Of a stretch of 64,000 nt of DNA, positions 52,363-63,202 are shown one piece after another (the first letter of the stretch is position 1; every line of letters begins with the position of its first letter). The DNA is from an uncultured Clostridia bacterium (GTDB taxonomy: Bacteria; Bacillota; Clostridia; TANB77; CAG-508): contig CALXZC010000002.1 of assembly GCA_944393135.1 (NCBI GenBank), positions 686 to 64,685 on the forward strand. Reading direction: 5' to 3'. The notes beneath the pieces were generated by a model, which worked only from the letters and a program-made list of their open reading frames with translations, ran no database searches and had not been told where the DNA came from. The position numbers and the translations under genes are program-made.

Positions 52363-53409
52363 TTATTTCTTTATTAAATTTCTCAACTTCCACCATCTTG
52401 AATTCTTTATTTTTTCTAGCTCTTCCTTTGTTCTTTCTGCCTCTTTTCTTTCTTCTTGAAGTTTCTTTTCTTCATCTTCTTTATTTATTAAATAATCCAA
52501 AAACCATATATTTCTATCAATAATATCTTTCATACAAGTTTTAAATATTTCTTTATCTTTTTTACTTGTTATAACTTTTTCTATTTCATCTAACTTATCA
52601 TTCTTTGTATAAGTTACAATAATATTATAAATAATATCTTTTCTTTGTGCATAAAAAGCATTTTCTGGAAGTTTCATATGTGTATCTGCTGCATTATAGA
52701 AGTTTAAAAATTTTCTTCCATATTCTAAAGTAAATTGTTCTTTATTTTTAGCATCATTACTCCACCACATTCCACCTTCATGCCTTCTATATGCTGACAT
52801 TACCTCATTTAACATTTTTATTTTTCCATCTTGTGCATGTAATAAATGAACATAATAATCTCCTGGAGCTATATCAGAAGGGAAGATTTCTTTTAAGTCT
52901 TTATTATTAAATTTCCATCTATATACAACACTATTTGCTACTATATAATTACTATTAACTAAATCTTCAATAGTTGTTTCTTCTTCTGTATTTTCTGGTA
53001 TTATACTTTCTTCTTTTTCATTATTTTCATAAAATAATTTTGCTTTGTGAAAACAAATGTTAAATTCTTTATTATTATCTAAAAAATCTACTTGCTTTTG
53101 TAGTTTATTTTCATCTGTCCAAAAATCATCTCCATCACATAATGCCACATATTCTGTATCTTTAATACTCGCTAATGTATTTATAAAGTTTCCCATTGCT
53201 CCCAAATTTTTTTCATTATTTATAATTTTTATTTTATCTGGATATTTTTCTTTATACTCTTTTAAAATATATCCTGTTCTATCTGTTGAAGAGTCATTGC
53301 TTATTACTATTTGAAAAGGAAAACTAGTTTTTTGCATAAGCATTCCATCTATTGCTTGTCCTATATATTTTTCTTGATTATAAGTAGTTGTAACCACAGT
53401 TAATTTCAT
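52363..53409 (-). CDS. Glycosyltransferase family 2 with a C-terminal coiled-coil tail
   Basis: LTVVTTTYNQEKYI and CDGDDFW motifs are present. The tail is EEKKLQEERKEAERTKEELEK. Confidence 0.75.
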   Translation of the reverse strand: MKLTVVTTTYNQEKYIGQAIDGMLMQKTSFPFQIVISNDSSTDRTGYILKEYKEKYPDKIKIINNEKNLGAMGNFINTLASIKDTEYVALCDGDDFWTDENKLQKQVDFLDNNKEFNICFHKAKLFYENNEKEESIIPENTEEETTIEDLVNSNYIVANSVVYRWKFNNKDLKEIFPSDIAPGDYYVHLLHAQDGKIKMLNEVMSAYRRHEGGMWWSNDAKNKEQFTLEYGRKFLNFYNAADTHMKLPENAFYAQRKDIIYNIIVTYTKNDKLDEIEKVITSKKDKEIFKTCMKDIIDRNIWFLDYLINKEDEEKKLQEERKEAERTKEELEKIKNSRWWKLRNLIKK

Positions 53410-53421
53410 AATTTTCTCCCC

Positions 53422-53979
53422 TTATTTTAAATTTTTACTTAAATTTTCAATATTTCTTTTCCTATCTTTTAATTTCTTACATGGGATTCCTACATATATC
53501 CCCCATTTATCTAAACTCTTATTTACAAAAGACATTGCTCCAACACTTGTTCCTTCTCCTATTGTAAGATTTGGCATAACAACAGTATTTGCTCCTAATT
53601 GAACAAACTTTTCTAATGTAACTATTCCTCCTGTTACATTTGTATATTCTTCAGGAACCATTGGACTTACCATATATTCTCCAGAAAAATCATCTGTTGC
53701 ACTATAAATTGTGCATCTTGCAGAACATCCACAAAAATCATTTATTTTTATTCCTTCTTTTCCATATAAAGCAACATATGCTCCTATATGAACATAGTTT
53801 CCAACTTCTATATTACCTGATAAAATACAAAAATCATCAATTCTAACATGACTTCCTATACTTATTTTATCTGCTCCATATATACTTGTTTTCTTACTTA
53901 TATAAACTTCCTTTCCTAAACTTTTAAATCCTATTTTCTTTAGTTCTTCTTTTGAATAAAAACTTGACATTATCTTCAC
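53422..53979 (-). CDS. Hexapeptide-repeat (LbH) sugar acetyltransferase
   Basis: Repeated [LIV]G hexapeptide pattern: ISIGSHVRIDDFCILSGNIEVGNYVHIGAYV ... LGANTVVMPNLTIGEGTSVGAMS. Confidence 0.75.
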   Translation of the reverse strand: MKIMSSFYSKEELKKIGFKSLGKEVYISKKTSIYGADKISIGSHVRIDDFCILSGNIEVGNYVHIGAYVALYGKEGIKINDFCGCSARCTIYSATDDFSGEYMVSPMVPEEYTNVTGGIVTLEKFVQLGANTVVMPNLTIGEGTSVGAMSFVNKSLDKWGIYVGIPCKKLKDRKRNIENLSKNLK

Positions 53980-54943
53980 CTTTCTTTCCTATATATCCAT
54001 AAAGTAACATCTTAGTAATATAAAATCTATTTGTAATCTCTGCAAGTATTATGGAAATTGCTGTAGCTGTAATAAAAATAGTAATAACCCTTAATAAACC
54101 TCTTCCAAGTCCAATATTAAGACATACACATTGACATAAATAAATTTCTAAAGACTTTTTACCAAAATATCCTAAAATCATATTTATTTTATTATTTTTT
54201 AATAATTCAACTAAATTATATAATATTATAATTGCACTTGTAGATATTATATAAAATATAATTACATTATCAATAATCACATTATACATAGGAAAGACTA
54301 TTAAATAAATAATGATACTTGGCAATGTTAGCCATTTCAAATATTTTTTTACACTCTCAAAATACATACTTATGTAGTATCCAAAAGCAAAAATTGGAAA
54401 ATAGATTTGTAATCTAGCAATTCCAAAATTTTCTTTTGGAATTAAATATATTACTATTATTATTAGCATAGTAAAAAATATTGATGTTTTTTTGTATTTC
54501 TCATTAATAATTTTTCTTTGTATAAATATTATTATTGTACTTAAAAATACTATATATAAAAACCAAATAATATAATCTGGATGCCAAAATAAAATTTTTG
54601 TATATTCTAATAAAGAATCTGGAAATGGTACAAATTCTTTTATTCCAACAAATTCAAACTCTCTAACAAAATAAATTAAATAGCTCCATATTATAGTTGG
54701 TATAATTAATCTAAAAAATCTTTTCTTTAAAAAATTTACATCATATTTCTTTGTATACTTATAAAGAGAATAACCGGAAAGCATCATAAAAAGTGGCATA
54801 TGAAAACTATATATTACTTTAAATACTATATTATTTTCATAGTTTATGACTAAACCTCTTTGTATTGCATGACCTAGTAAAACTGCTAAAACTGCAATTC
54901 CTTTTAATACATCAATTATTATATCTCGCTTTTTTTCTTCCAC
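53924..54943 (-). CDS. Acyltransferase family 3 membrane protein (O-acyltransferase)
   Basis: DVLKGIAVLAVLLGHA and FHMPLFMMLSGY motifs are present, with about 10 TM helices. Confidence 0.75.
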   Translation of the reverse strand: MEEKKRDIIIDVLKGIAVLAVLLGHAIQRGLVINYENNIVFKVIYSFHMPLFMMLSGYSLYKYTKKYDVNFLKKRFFRLIIPTIIWSYLIYFVREFEFVGIKEFVPFPDSLLEYTKILFWHPDYIIWFLYIVFLSTIIIFIQRKIINEKYKKTSIFFTMLIIIVIYLIPKENFGIARLQIYFPIFAFGYYISMYFESVKKYLKWLTLPSIIIYLIVFPMYNVIIDNVIIFYIISTSAIIILYNLVELLKNNKINMILGYFGKKSLEIYLCQCVCLNIGLGRGLLRVITIFITATAISIILAEITNRFYITKMLLYGYIGKKGEDNVKFLFKRRTKENRI

Positions 54944-54959
54944 TTTTTCTCCTATTATT

Positions 54960-57281
54960 TTAATACTTATAATATTTTTTAGCTTCTTTTCTTATTAGGT
55001 TAATTCTTGGTTTTATTTGAGCATCTTTTGAATAAATTTCAAGAGCTTTATTTCTACCTGCTTTTGCTATTTTTTCTATATTTTCTGGATTATTATACAA
55101 TTTTTCTACTTCATTTACTAAATCTTTTATTTCTGGTTTTATAATAATAATTTCTTGTTTATTATTAAACTTTATATTCATATTTAATTCATCTGTACAA
55201 ATTAATGCTACTCCATTTATCATAGCTTCAGTACAAGCTCCTGTTGGAAATCCATCAAAAGATCCTTCACCTAATTTAAATGGTCTATTAGGTGATACTA
55301 TTATATCCATTTTTTTGTATAACTCAATTAATTCTTGTGATGATAATATTCCGTAAAAATTCATCTTATCTTCTATTTCTTTTACATCTATATCATCTTT
55401 AGTAAATCCACCAATTACATGAAATCTTACATTATCATATTTCTTACACATACTTTTAGCAAGGTCAATAAATAAATCGTAACCTTTATCAAGACCTTTT
55501 TTGCAATATTTATGTGCAACAAAACATAAATCCATTGTATCTTTTCCATTTTTATAATATAATTTTCCATCTAATTTTGTATTTAATATTTCCTCTGGAG
55601 TTACAACTCCATAAATAAACTCTATATCTTCTTCTTTACAAAAGTTATTTTTTAACAAATATTCTTTTGTTAAATTTTGAGTTACAATTACTTTTACAAA
55701 ATATTTAGATGCAAAAATCTCCTTCAATTTTTTTTCACATTCAGGATCATTTAATCTAAAACCTCCACCTGGATATAATGTAAAAATAAATGGAATTTGA
55801 TAGAACTCTAATAATTCCAAATTATTATATGCTGGATTTTTCATATTTTGTAAAAAAGTTATAATTGCTATTTTATTCTTAAATTCTCCTAATTTCTTTT
55901 TATTATCATAATCTAATTTAAAAATTCTTCCTTTATATTCTGGATTTCTTTGTTCAAACTCCTCTATAACTCCTTTTACGTTTCTCTTTTCATTAACTGC
56001 TAAAAATGATGCTCCTGTTGTATAAGCATAAACTCTATCAAAATTTCTCATATATTCCATATATTCTTCATAACGGAATGGTGAATATACACTTGGAAAT
56101 ATATCATCAAATATTATAAGTGAAAAATCTTGTTTATCAAATTTTCTTGCTATTTTTTCATAAATCTTCTTGTAAAAAGATTTTTTAAAAAGAAATAGTG
56201 GATTTTTTAAAATATATTTACACATCCTAAAAATTCTATATTTTCCAAATCTATTATTTATTTTTGCTTTTAAAGTACAACTCCTTCTTACTTCTTCTGT
56301 TATTTCAGCTCTTACTTCATTTGCAATTCTTTCCTTACTTTTTTGTTCTATCTCTTGGACTCTTTCTTCTGGTAATACAATTTGTTTAGGTAATTTTTTT
56401 AAGTATTCTTTTAAGAAATTTGTTTTTGCTAAATATTCAAACCATACTTCTGACTTTGTACTATCTACATTTTTCCATGGTTTTGTACTTGTTGCATAAT
56501 GTAATTGTACAGTATTATTCATTGCATCTTCTATTTCTTCTTTAGAATAATGTACATCTGTTTTTTTATCTTCATCTGTTTTATATATATCCCACATATA
56601 AGCACAAGCTATATATTTTAAAGGTAATCTTTTTGTCTTAGGATAACAACATAAATTTAATACATCTTGCTCCATTTGATTTATTCTATGTCCCTCAGTT
56701 TCAAAGCATTTTATGAATTTTTCTTCCATCTTGTCTTCTCTTAATTTTTTTAAGTTAAAAACAATATATCCTCCACAAAAACCACTTAGCTTTTCTACTT
56801 CTTCTTCCGTAAACCATTGTAAATATTGATCTAGATACCATTTCATTTTTCCTATCATTTTTACACCAGCTAAATAATAATCCTCTGAAACATCTAAATC
56901 AAAATAACTTTGTGAAATATCATTTAAAAATACTACATCTACATCAGAAACAATTATTTTGTCATACTTTGGGAAAATGCTAGCAACTAAAACTTTATAC
57001 ATTACTTCTTTTGAAAAATGTCCTTTAGTTGCAATCCTATCCCATAATCCTTCAAATTTATTTTCCATATCCACAAAAATTAATTCTGCAAAATCCGAAA
57101 ATGGCTTTATTGTTTCTTGTAATTTTTCTTGATTTTCATAAGATATATCTGTATGTAAAACATACATTGTATATTTATAGTCTCTATTTGCATGTTCTAG
57201 CAATGAATAAAATGCTACTGCTGCTGGTATAACATAATTGTTATCAAAGCAAAACATTAATGGTATTTCTTGTTTGTTCAT
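54960..57281 (-). CDS. Bifunctional-looking glycosyltransferase: an N-terminal GT8 domain plus a C-terminal GT4-like domain
   Basis: The N-terminus is IPLMFCFDNNYVIPAAVAFYSLLEHA with VSDVDVVF, which is GT8-like. The C-terminal ~350 aa end with SFDGFPTGACTEAMINGVALI, which is GT1-fold-like. Confidence 0.65.
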   Translation of the reverse strand: MNKQEIPLMFCFDNNYVIPAAVAFYSLLEHANRDYKYTMYVLHTDISYENQEKLQETIKPFSDFAELIFVDMENKFEGLWDRIATKGHFSKEVMYKVLVASIFPKYDKIIVSDVDVVFLNDISQSYFDLDVSEDYYLAGVKMIGKMKWYLDQYLQWFTEEEVEKLSGFCGGYIVFNLKKLREDKMEEKFIKCFETEGHRINQMEQDVLNLCCYPKTKRLPLKYIACAYMWDIYKTDEDKKTDVHYSKEEIEDAMNNTVQLHYATSTKPWKNVDSTKSEVWFEYLAKTNFLKEYLKKLPKQIVLPEERVQEIEQKSKERIANEVRAEITEEVRRSCTLKAKINNRFGKYRIFRMCKYILKNPLFLFKKSFYKKIYEKIARKFDKQDFSLIIFDDIFPSVYSPFRYEEYMEYMRNFDRVYAYTTGASFLAVNEKRNVKGVIEEFEQRNPEYKGRIFKLDYDNKKKLGEFKNKIAIITFLQNMKNPAYNNLELLEFYQIPFIFTLYPGGGFRLNDPECEKKLKEIFASKYFVKVIVTQNLTKEYLLKNNFCKEEDIEFIYGVVTPEEILNTKLDGKLYYKNGKDTMDLCFVAHKYCKKGLDKGYDLFIDLAKSMCKKYDNVRFHVIGGFTKDDIDVKEIEDKMNFYGILSSQELIELYKKMDIIVSPNRPFKLGEGSFDGFPTGACTEAMINGVALICTDELNMNIKFNNKQEIIIIKPEIKDLVNEVEKLYNNPENIEKIAKAGRNKALEIYSKDAQIKPRINLIRKEAKKYYKY

Positions 57282-57297
57282 TTTGTTTCTCTCCTAA

Positions 57298-58383
57298 TTA
57301 TTTTATATTTTCCTTAACAATACTTCCTATTTTTATTACTTCTTCTTTAGTTAGTCCATTATATAATGGTAAGCATAATGCTCTTTTTGAAATATCTTCA
57401 GATATAGGACAATTTTCTTTGTCTGTTATATATTTTAATGTATTTAATGAAGGATAAAAATACCTTCTAGGATTAATTTCTTCTTTGTGAAGTGCGTCTA
57501 TTATTTTTAAAGTCTCTTCTTCATCTTTTAAAATTATTGGATAATAAATATAATTATATTCAAGATTCTCTACCACCTTAGGTCTTACTACTTTTCCTTC
57601 TAAAATTTTGTCATAAGTTTCACATATTTCTTTTCTTTCTTCTATTATTTCTTTAATATATTTTAAATTACATAATCCCATTGCTGCATTAAACTCTGTA
57701 ATTTTTCCATTTATTCCTACATTATCATAATTTCCATTTACACTTCCAAAATTTTTTATTGATTGTAGTTTATCATATATTTCCTTATTATTTGTTATAC
57801 ATGCTCCACCTTCAATTGTGTGGAATACTTTTGTTGCATGAAAACTACATGTACTTATATCTCCGTAGCTTAATAAACTTTTTCCTTTATATCTACATCC
57901 AAAAGCATGTGCTGCATCATAAATTACTTTTAGTCCATGTTTTTCTGCAATTTCTTGTATTTTTTCTACATCACATGGATAACCATATACATGAACAGCC
58001 ATAATTGCTTTTGTCTTGTTAGTAATTGCTTCTTCTATTTTATTTACATCAATACAAAAAGTATCTTTATCAATATCTACAAAAACTGGTTTACATCTTT
58101 CCCATACAATACAGCTTGTTGTTGCAACAAATGAAAAAGGTGTTGTAATTATCTCTCCTTCTGTAATATCTAAAGCATTTAATGCAAGTTGTATAGCTAT
58201 TGTTCCATTTGTTACCATACTAACATAGTTAACACCTAGATACTCTTCTAACTTCTTTTGTAATTCTTTTAATAAAGGCCCTTCATTTGTTAAATATCTA
58301 CTGTCCCATATTTTCTTTAAATATTCCTCATATTCTTCCATTGGAGGCATAAAGCTTCTAGTTACATTTATCATTTTTTTCAT
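57298..58383 (-). CDS. DegT/DnrJ/EryC1/StrS family sugar aminotransferase
   Basis: The PLP-Lys region is SFHATKVF. GPLLKELQKKL and DAAHAFG motifs are also present. Confidence 0.85.
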   Translation of the reverse strand: MKKMINVTRSFMPPMEEYEEYLKKIWDSRYLTNEGPLLKELQKKLEEYLGVNYVSMVTNGTIAIQLALNALDITEGEIITTPFSFVATTSCIVWERCKPVFVDIDKDTFCIDVNKIEEAITNKTKAIMAVHVYGYPCDVEKIQEIAEKHGLKVIYDAAHAFGCRYKGKSLLSYGDISTCSFHATKVFHTIEGGACITNNKEIYDKLQSIKNFGSVNGNYDNVGINGKITEFNAAMGLCNLKYIKEIIEERKEICETYDKILEGKVVRPKVVENLEYNYIYYPIILKDEEETLKIIDALHKEEINPRRYFYPSLNTLKYITDKENCPISEDISKRALCLPLYNGLTKEEVIKIGSIVKENIK

Positions 58384-58386
58384 CTC

Positions 58387-59445
58387 CTATGAATTATACA
58401 TTTTTTTATAATAATTTTCATATTCTCCACTTACTACATTTTCTAGCCATTCCTTATTATTTAAATACCACTTAATTGTTTTTACAATTCCATCTTCAAA
58501 TTTAGTTTTTGGGCTCCAACCTAACTCTTTAGTAATTTTTTCCGGATTAATCCCATATCTTTTATCATGACCTTTTCTATCTTTAACAAAAGTTATTAAA
58601 TCCTCTGTTATATTTTCATCTACATTGTCATGTAAATAAGATATAATTTTCTTAACTATTTGTAGATTTGTTCTCTCATTATGACCACCTATATTATAAA
58701 CTTGTCCTAATCTGCCATTTAAAACTACTTCATAAATAGCCTCACAATGGTCTTCTACATATAACCAGTCTCTTATATTACTTCCATCACCATATACTGG
58801 TATATTTTTATGTTTTAAGCAATTATTCATAATTAAAGGAATAAATTTTTCTGGAAATTGATATGGTCCATAATTATTTGAACATCTTGTTATTAATGCT
58901 GGAAACTTGTATGTATCATAGTATGCTTTAACAAGCATATCTGCTGATGCTTTACTTGCTGAATATGGACTATGTGGTGATAATGGTGTAGTTTCTTCAA
59001 AACATGGGTCGTCTAAATTTAAACTTCCATATACCTCATCAGTAGAAACTTGTAAATATCTAACTCCTTCTTTATATGTATCTTCTCCTACTTCCCACGC
59101 ATTTTTTGCTATTGATAATAAATTCTGTGTCCCTTTTATATTTGTATTAATAAATTCTGTAGGGTCTTTTATAGACCTATCCACATGACTTTCTGCTGCA
59201 AAATTTATTATTGTATCTATATTATATTTTTTTACTATTTCCTCTATTTTCTCCTTATCACATATATCTGCTTTTTCAAAAACATAGTTTTTGTTATTTT
59301 CTAGTCCTTTTAAGTTTTCTAGATTTCCTGCATATGTCAATTTATCGACATTTACTATCTTAATATCTTTATTTTTATCAAGAACATATCTTATAAAATT
59401 TGAACCTATAAAACCTGCTCCACCAGTTACAATAACATTTTTCAT
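58387..59445 (-). CDS. rfbB: dTDP-glucose 4,6-dehydratase
   Basis: VTGGAGFIGSNF, the catalytic YSASKASAD and the length (352 aa) fit. The gene is adjacent to rfbA. Confidence 0.9.
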   Translation of the reverse strand: MKNVIVTGGAGFIGSNFIRYVLDKNKDIKIVNVDKLTYAGNLENLKGLENNKNYVFEKADICDKEKIEEIVKKYNIDTIINFAAESHVDRSIKDPTEFINTNIKGTQNLLSIAKNAWEVGEDTYKEGVRYLQVSTDEVYGSLNLDDPCFEETTPLSPHSPYSASKASADMLVKAYYDTYKFPALITRCSNNYGPYQFPEKFIPLIMNNCLKHKNIPVYGDGSNIRDWLYVEDHCEAIYEVVLNGRLGQVYNIGGHNERTNLQIVKKIISYLHDNVDENITEDLITFVKDRKGHDKRYGINPEKITKELGWSPKTKFEDGIVKTIKWYLNNKEWLENVVSGEYENYYKKMYNS

Positions 59446-59465
59446 AATATTTTCTCCTTTTAAAC

Positions 59466-60359
59466 TTATTTATTTTTTCTTCTTTTTCTATCTCCAAAAG
59501 ATAAGAGATTTAAAATATATTTTCCATAATCTGTTTTCTTTAAGTTTTCTCCCAATTCTTTCAATTTTTCATCACTTATCCAACCATTTCTCCATGCTAT
59601 TTCTTCTATACACGCAATATAAAGTCCTTGTCTTTCTTGTACAATAGATACAAAATCACTTGCTTGAAGCAATCCTCTTGGAGTTCCAGTATCAAGCCAA
59701 GCTAAACCTCTTCCTAAAAGTACAACATCAAGTTTTCCTTCTTCTAAATACATAGCATTTATTGTAGAAATTTCTAGTTCTCCTCTATCTGATGGTTTAA
59801 CTTTCTTAGCCTTTTCAACAACAGAACTATCATAAAAATATAATCCTGGTACAGCATAATTTGATTTTGGATTTTCTGGCTTTTCTTCTATTGATAATAC
59901 TCTATTATTTTCATCAAACTCTACAACTCCAAAACTTTTTGGATTTGTTACAGGATATCCAAAAACTCTTGCTTTTCCTTTTTTTTCTATCGCTATATCT
60001 ATACAATCCTGAAATCCTTGTCCATAAAAAATATTGTCACCTAATATTAAACAAACTTCATCATCACCTATAAAATCTTCCCCAAGAATAAAAGCTTCTG
60101 CTATTCCTCTTGGTTTTTCTTGTGCCTTATATTCTATATTTATACCTATTTTACTTCCATCTCCTAATAAATTTTTATATTGTTCTACACATTCTGTATT
60201 TGTAATTAGTAAAATATCTCTAATTCCTGCCATTAGTAATACTGACAGTGGATAATATATCATTGGTTTATCATAAATTGGTATTAATTGTTTTGAAACA
60301 CTAATAGTAGATGGATATAATCTTGATCCAGTTCCCCCTGCTAAAATAATTCCTTTCAT
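59466..60359 (-). CDS. rfbA: Glucose-1-phosphate thymidylyltransferase
   Basis: The sequence [39 protein letters not shown] fits. An RBS lies before the ATG at 60359. Confidence 0.9.
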   Translation of the reverse strand: MKGIILAGGTGSRLYPSTISVSKQLIPIYDKPMIYYPLSVLLMAGIRDILLITNTECVEQYKNLLGDGSKIGINIEYKAQEKPRGIAEAFILGEDFIGDDEVCLILGDNIFYGQGFQDCIDIAIEKKGKARVFGYPVTNPKSFGVVEFDENNRVLSIEEKPENPKSNYAVPGLYFYDSSVVEKAKKVKPSDRGELEISTINAMYLEEGKLDVVLLGRGLAWLDTGTPRGLLQASDFVSIVQERQGLYIACIEEIAWRNGWISDEKLKELGENLKKTDYGKYILNLLSFGDRKRRKNK

Positions 60360-60373
60360 ACTTACCACTCCTT

Positions 60374-61516
60374 CTATTTAATAAATTCTTCTACTAATTT
60401 ATTACATTTAACATCAAAATCGTTCTTCCATTCTTTATATAAACTCATTATTTTATCTTTATTTTCTATACAATTAAGAATTCTTTCCTTTATATATTCT
60501 GCATCATCTTCTTTAGTAAGTATTACATATTCACCAAGCTTAGTTCCGACAAAATAATCATTATTATTTCCAAGTAAACAAGGAACTCCCATTTCAAAAC
60601 TCTCTAGTGGAAACATTGGTGCATTTTCAGTAAATGTTGGATATATATTTACATCATTTTGCTGTATTCTCTTTAATAATTCTTCTGTAGGAATATAATC
60701 ATCAACACTTGTTGTTTCTAATCCTAATATTTCTGTGAATTTTTTTGCTCCTTCATTTATAGGAACAACATCAGCTATGCTATTTGGTACTAATTTCATA
60801 CTGCTAAGAGCTGTATATATATTTTTTAGCTCTCTTGTATCTGCATTATATATACCAATTTTAATTTTATTGTTTTTTTCTTTTTGTACTCTTTCAATAT
60901 TATCTAAATGTACATTGTTTTGTAAATAATAGCTTTTAAATCCTACTTTTTTATAAAATTCATACATTGTACTTCTAACAAATGCAAAGCTATCTATTTT
61001 TTCCTGTTTATATAAATTCATAACATCTTTATTTAAGTTCCATGTATAATCTGAGAAAAATTCATAACAATTTCCATGCCAGATTACTTTTATAATAATA
61101 TCATTATTTAATTCTTTTATCTTCTTTAAAACATCAACCCAACCATCAACTATCTGACTAAATATTACTGTTTTTACATTATTACTTACAACCGCTTCTG
61201 CTACTTTTTTTACATTTTTCTTTCCAAAGACTTGCTCTAATGGAACTATATTTTTAAATAATCCTTTAGTAGAGTTTGCAACACCAAGCCAAGTTGGATT
61301 GTAAAAAACAATATAATCTTTATTCTTATATTCTTCCAACTTCTTTACTGCTAAATCTACTTGCTTAGAATAATGTCGATTTTGCTCTTTTACTTTTTTA
61401 CCATTAACAATTCTATATTTAATGGAACTTAAAATATGGTAAATCTTTCTAATAACTTTATATATAAATCCGTCTTTTTTTATAAATCTTTTAACAAAAT
61501 TTTTAAGTTTTTGCAT
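60374..61516 (-). CDS. Putative glycosyltransferase, paralog of 61528..62493
   Basis: 380 aa. It shares the layout and the [13 protein letters not shown] / GIPCIIGNTSDLF and EEFIK / QQFLEI C-termini with its neighbour. I am not confident of the family. Confidence 0.4.
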   Translation of the reverse strand: MQKLKNFVKRFIKKDGFIYKVIRKIYHILSSIKYRIVNGKKVKEQNRHYSKQVDLAVKKLEEYKNKDYIVFYNPTWLGVANSTKGLFKNIVPLEQVFGKKNVKKVAEAVVSNNVKTVIFSQIVDGWVDVLKKIKELNNDIIIKVIWHGNCYEFFSDYTWNLNKDVMNLYKQEKIDSFAFVRSTMYEFYKKVGFKSYYLQNNVHLDNIERVQKEKNNKIKIGIYNADTRELKNIYTALSSMKLVPNSIADVVPINEGAKKFTEILGLETTSVDDYIPTEELLKRIQQNDVNIYPTFTENAPMFPLESFEMGVPCLLGNNNDYFVGTKLGEYVILTKEDDAEYIKERILNCIENKDKIMSLYKEWKNDFDVKCNKLVEEFIK

Positions 61517-61527
61517 AAAATACCTTC

Positions 61528-62493
61528 CTATATTTCTAAAAATTGTTGTATATTTCTTCTTGCTTTTTCATTATAATCTTTTTTCCATTTTCTATATTCT
61601 TCAATTACAATATCTTTATTTTTTAAACATTCTTCTACAAGTTTACCATTTATAATTGGATTATCTTCTGCTTTTGTTACAATATATTTATCTAATATTT
61701 CATTTTCTTCAAATAAATCAGAAGTATTACCAATTATACAAGGTATACCTTGCTCCATGCTTATAAAAAATACTGGATGAAAATATTCTGTAAATGATAG
61801 AGAAATATTTATATCATTTTTTATAACTTTATCAATTATTTCATCTTCATCTATTTTGTTTATCATGTCTGGTTTACTATTTATTTCCATAGTAGTCAAA
61901 AAATCTGTTATTCTTTCATCTAATTCATTATAATTAATATTTGAATTATCAACCATCTTTCCAATACATAATTGGTTAAATATATTTTTATCCCATGTAT
62001 AATTTAAAGGATAAATTCCTATATCTAATATGTCATTCTTTTCTTTTATTTTTTTCTTGTTTTCTTCTTTTAAAATATAATTTTCCATTAAATATGAACA
62101 TTTATAATCTAAACTTTTATATACTTCATATTGTCCTTTTCTTAAAAAAGCAATATTATCTATTTTTCTTTTTTTTGATAATTCCAATAATCTAAAGAAA
62201 TTGTTTCTTTCATATTCATAATATAAAAGACTATCTTGTGTATTACAAATAACTTTTACTTTTATATTTTTTTCTTTTATATATTCTACTAATTTATCCC
62301 AACCTATTTCAAACCCGCTAAATATAATCTGTGCTACACCTTTATCTATCTCTTCATCAATTATTTTTATATTATGATTATAATCAAAATCAGTCCACCC
62401 TAGATTTATTTGTTTAGTGTTTTCAAACATATTTGTAATACATATATTATCTTCTGGTTTCTTATCACCATATAACAAAATATATTTATCCAT
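61528..62493 (-). CDS. Putative glycosyltransferase, paralog of 60374..61516
   Basis: An ORF with an AAAGGAAC RBS before the ATG at 62493 (MDKYILLYGD...). Confidence 0.4.
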   Translation of the reverse strand: MDKYILLYGDKKPEDNICITNMFENTKQINLGWTDFDYNHNIKIIDEEIDKGVAQIIFSGFEIGWDKLVEYIKEKNIKVKVICNTQDSLLYYEYERNNFFRLLELSKKRKIDNIAFLRKGQYEVYKSLDYKCSYLMENYILKEENKKKIKEKNDILDIGIYPLNYTWDKNIFNQLCIGKMVDNSNINYNELDERITDFLTTMEINSKPDMINKIDEDEIIDKVIKNDINISLSFTEYFHPVFFISMEQGIPCIIGNTSDLFEENEILDKYIVTKAEDNPIINGKLVEECLKNKDIVIEEYRKWKKDYNEKARRNIQQFLEI

Positions 62494-62510
62494 TCTTGTT
62501 CCTTTCTTAA

Positions 62511-63197
62511 CTAAAATTGGCATTCTCCATCTTGAGTAATTAGGTTTATAGATTTTATTCCGTTTTCTTTACTTACATCTTTAATTAATTCTTCTATCTT
62601 ATTATTAGAAAGTTCATAAATAACATCTGTACTACTACTAGAAACATTTTTTGATTTTACTCTATATTTTACTTTATTTTCTTTTAATACTTGTATTATT
62701 TTTTCTTCTATTTCCAAACTGTCTAAAGTCACAACTAATAAATATGGTATTTTATTTCCTGGTAATTTTTCAAATACAAGTAATGCTATTGGAAGTATTA
62801 TTGCTAATACAAATGCTATTGAATAAATTCCTGCTCCTATAATAATTCCATTTGCTATCGCCCAAAATAGGAATAGTAAGTCTTTTGGTTCTTTAATTGC
62901 TGTTCTAAATCTTACGATTGAAAGAGCACCAACCATACCTAAAGAAACTACTACATTTGCTTGCATTGACATTATAATTGCTGCTGTAACCATTGTCATA
63001 AGTGCCATTGTTACATTGAATTTTTTTGAATATATCACATTGTCACAAGTAAATTTATAGACAAAATATATAATAAATGAAAAAACTAATGCAACACTCA
63101 TTGTTGTAATAACTTCGCTTAATGAAATTGATTGTGTAAAATTATCTAAAAAGTTATTTTTAAATATATCTGAAAAATTAATACTATCCATTATCAT
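62511..63197 (-). CDS. DUF4956-family membrane protein
   Basis: GMVGALSIVRFRTAIKEPKDLLFLFWAIANGIIIGAG matches the DUF4956 core as I recall it. It is paired with a VTC-domain gene. Confidence 0.65.
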   Translation of the reverse strand: MIMDSINFSDIFKNNFLDNFTQSISLSEVITTMSVALVFSFIIYFVYKFTCDNVIYSKKFNVTMALMTMVTAAIIMSMQANVVVSLGMVGALSIVRFRTAIKEPKDLLFLFWAIANGIIIGAGIYSIAFVLAIILPIALLVFEKLPGNKIPYLLVVTLDSLEIEEKIIQVLKENKVKYRVKSKNVSSSSTDVIYELSNNKIEELIKDVSKENGIKSINLITQDGECQF

Positions 63198-63202
63198 ATC
63201 CC

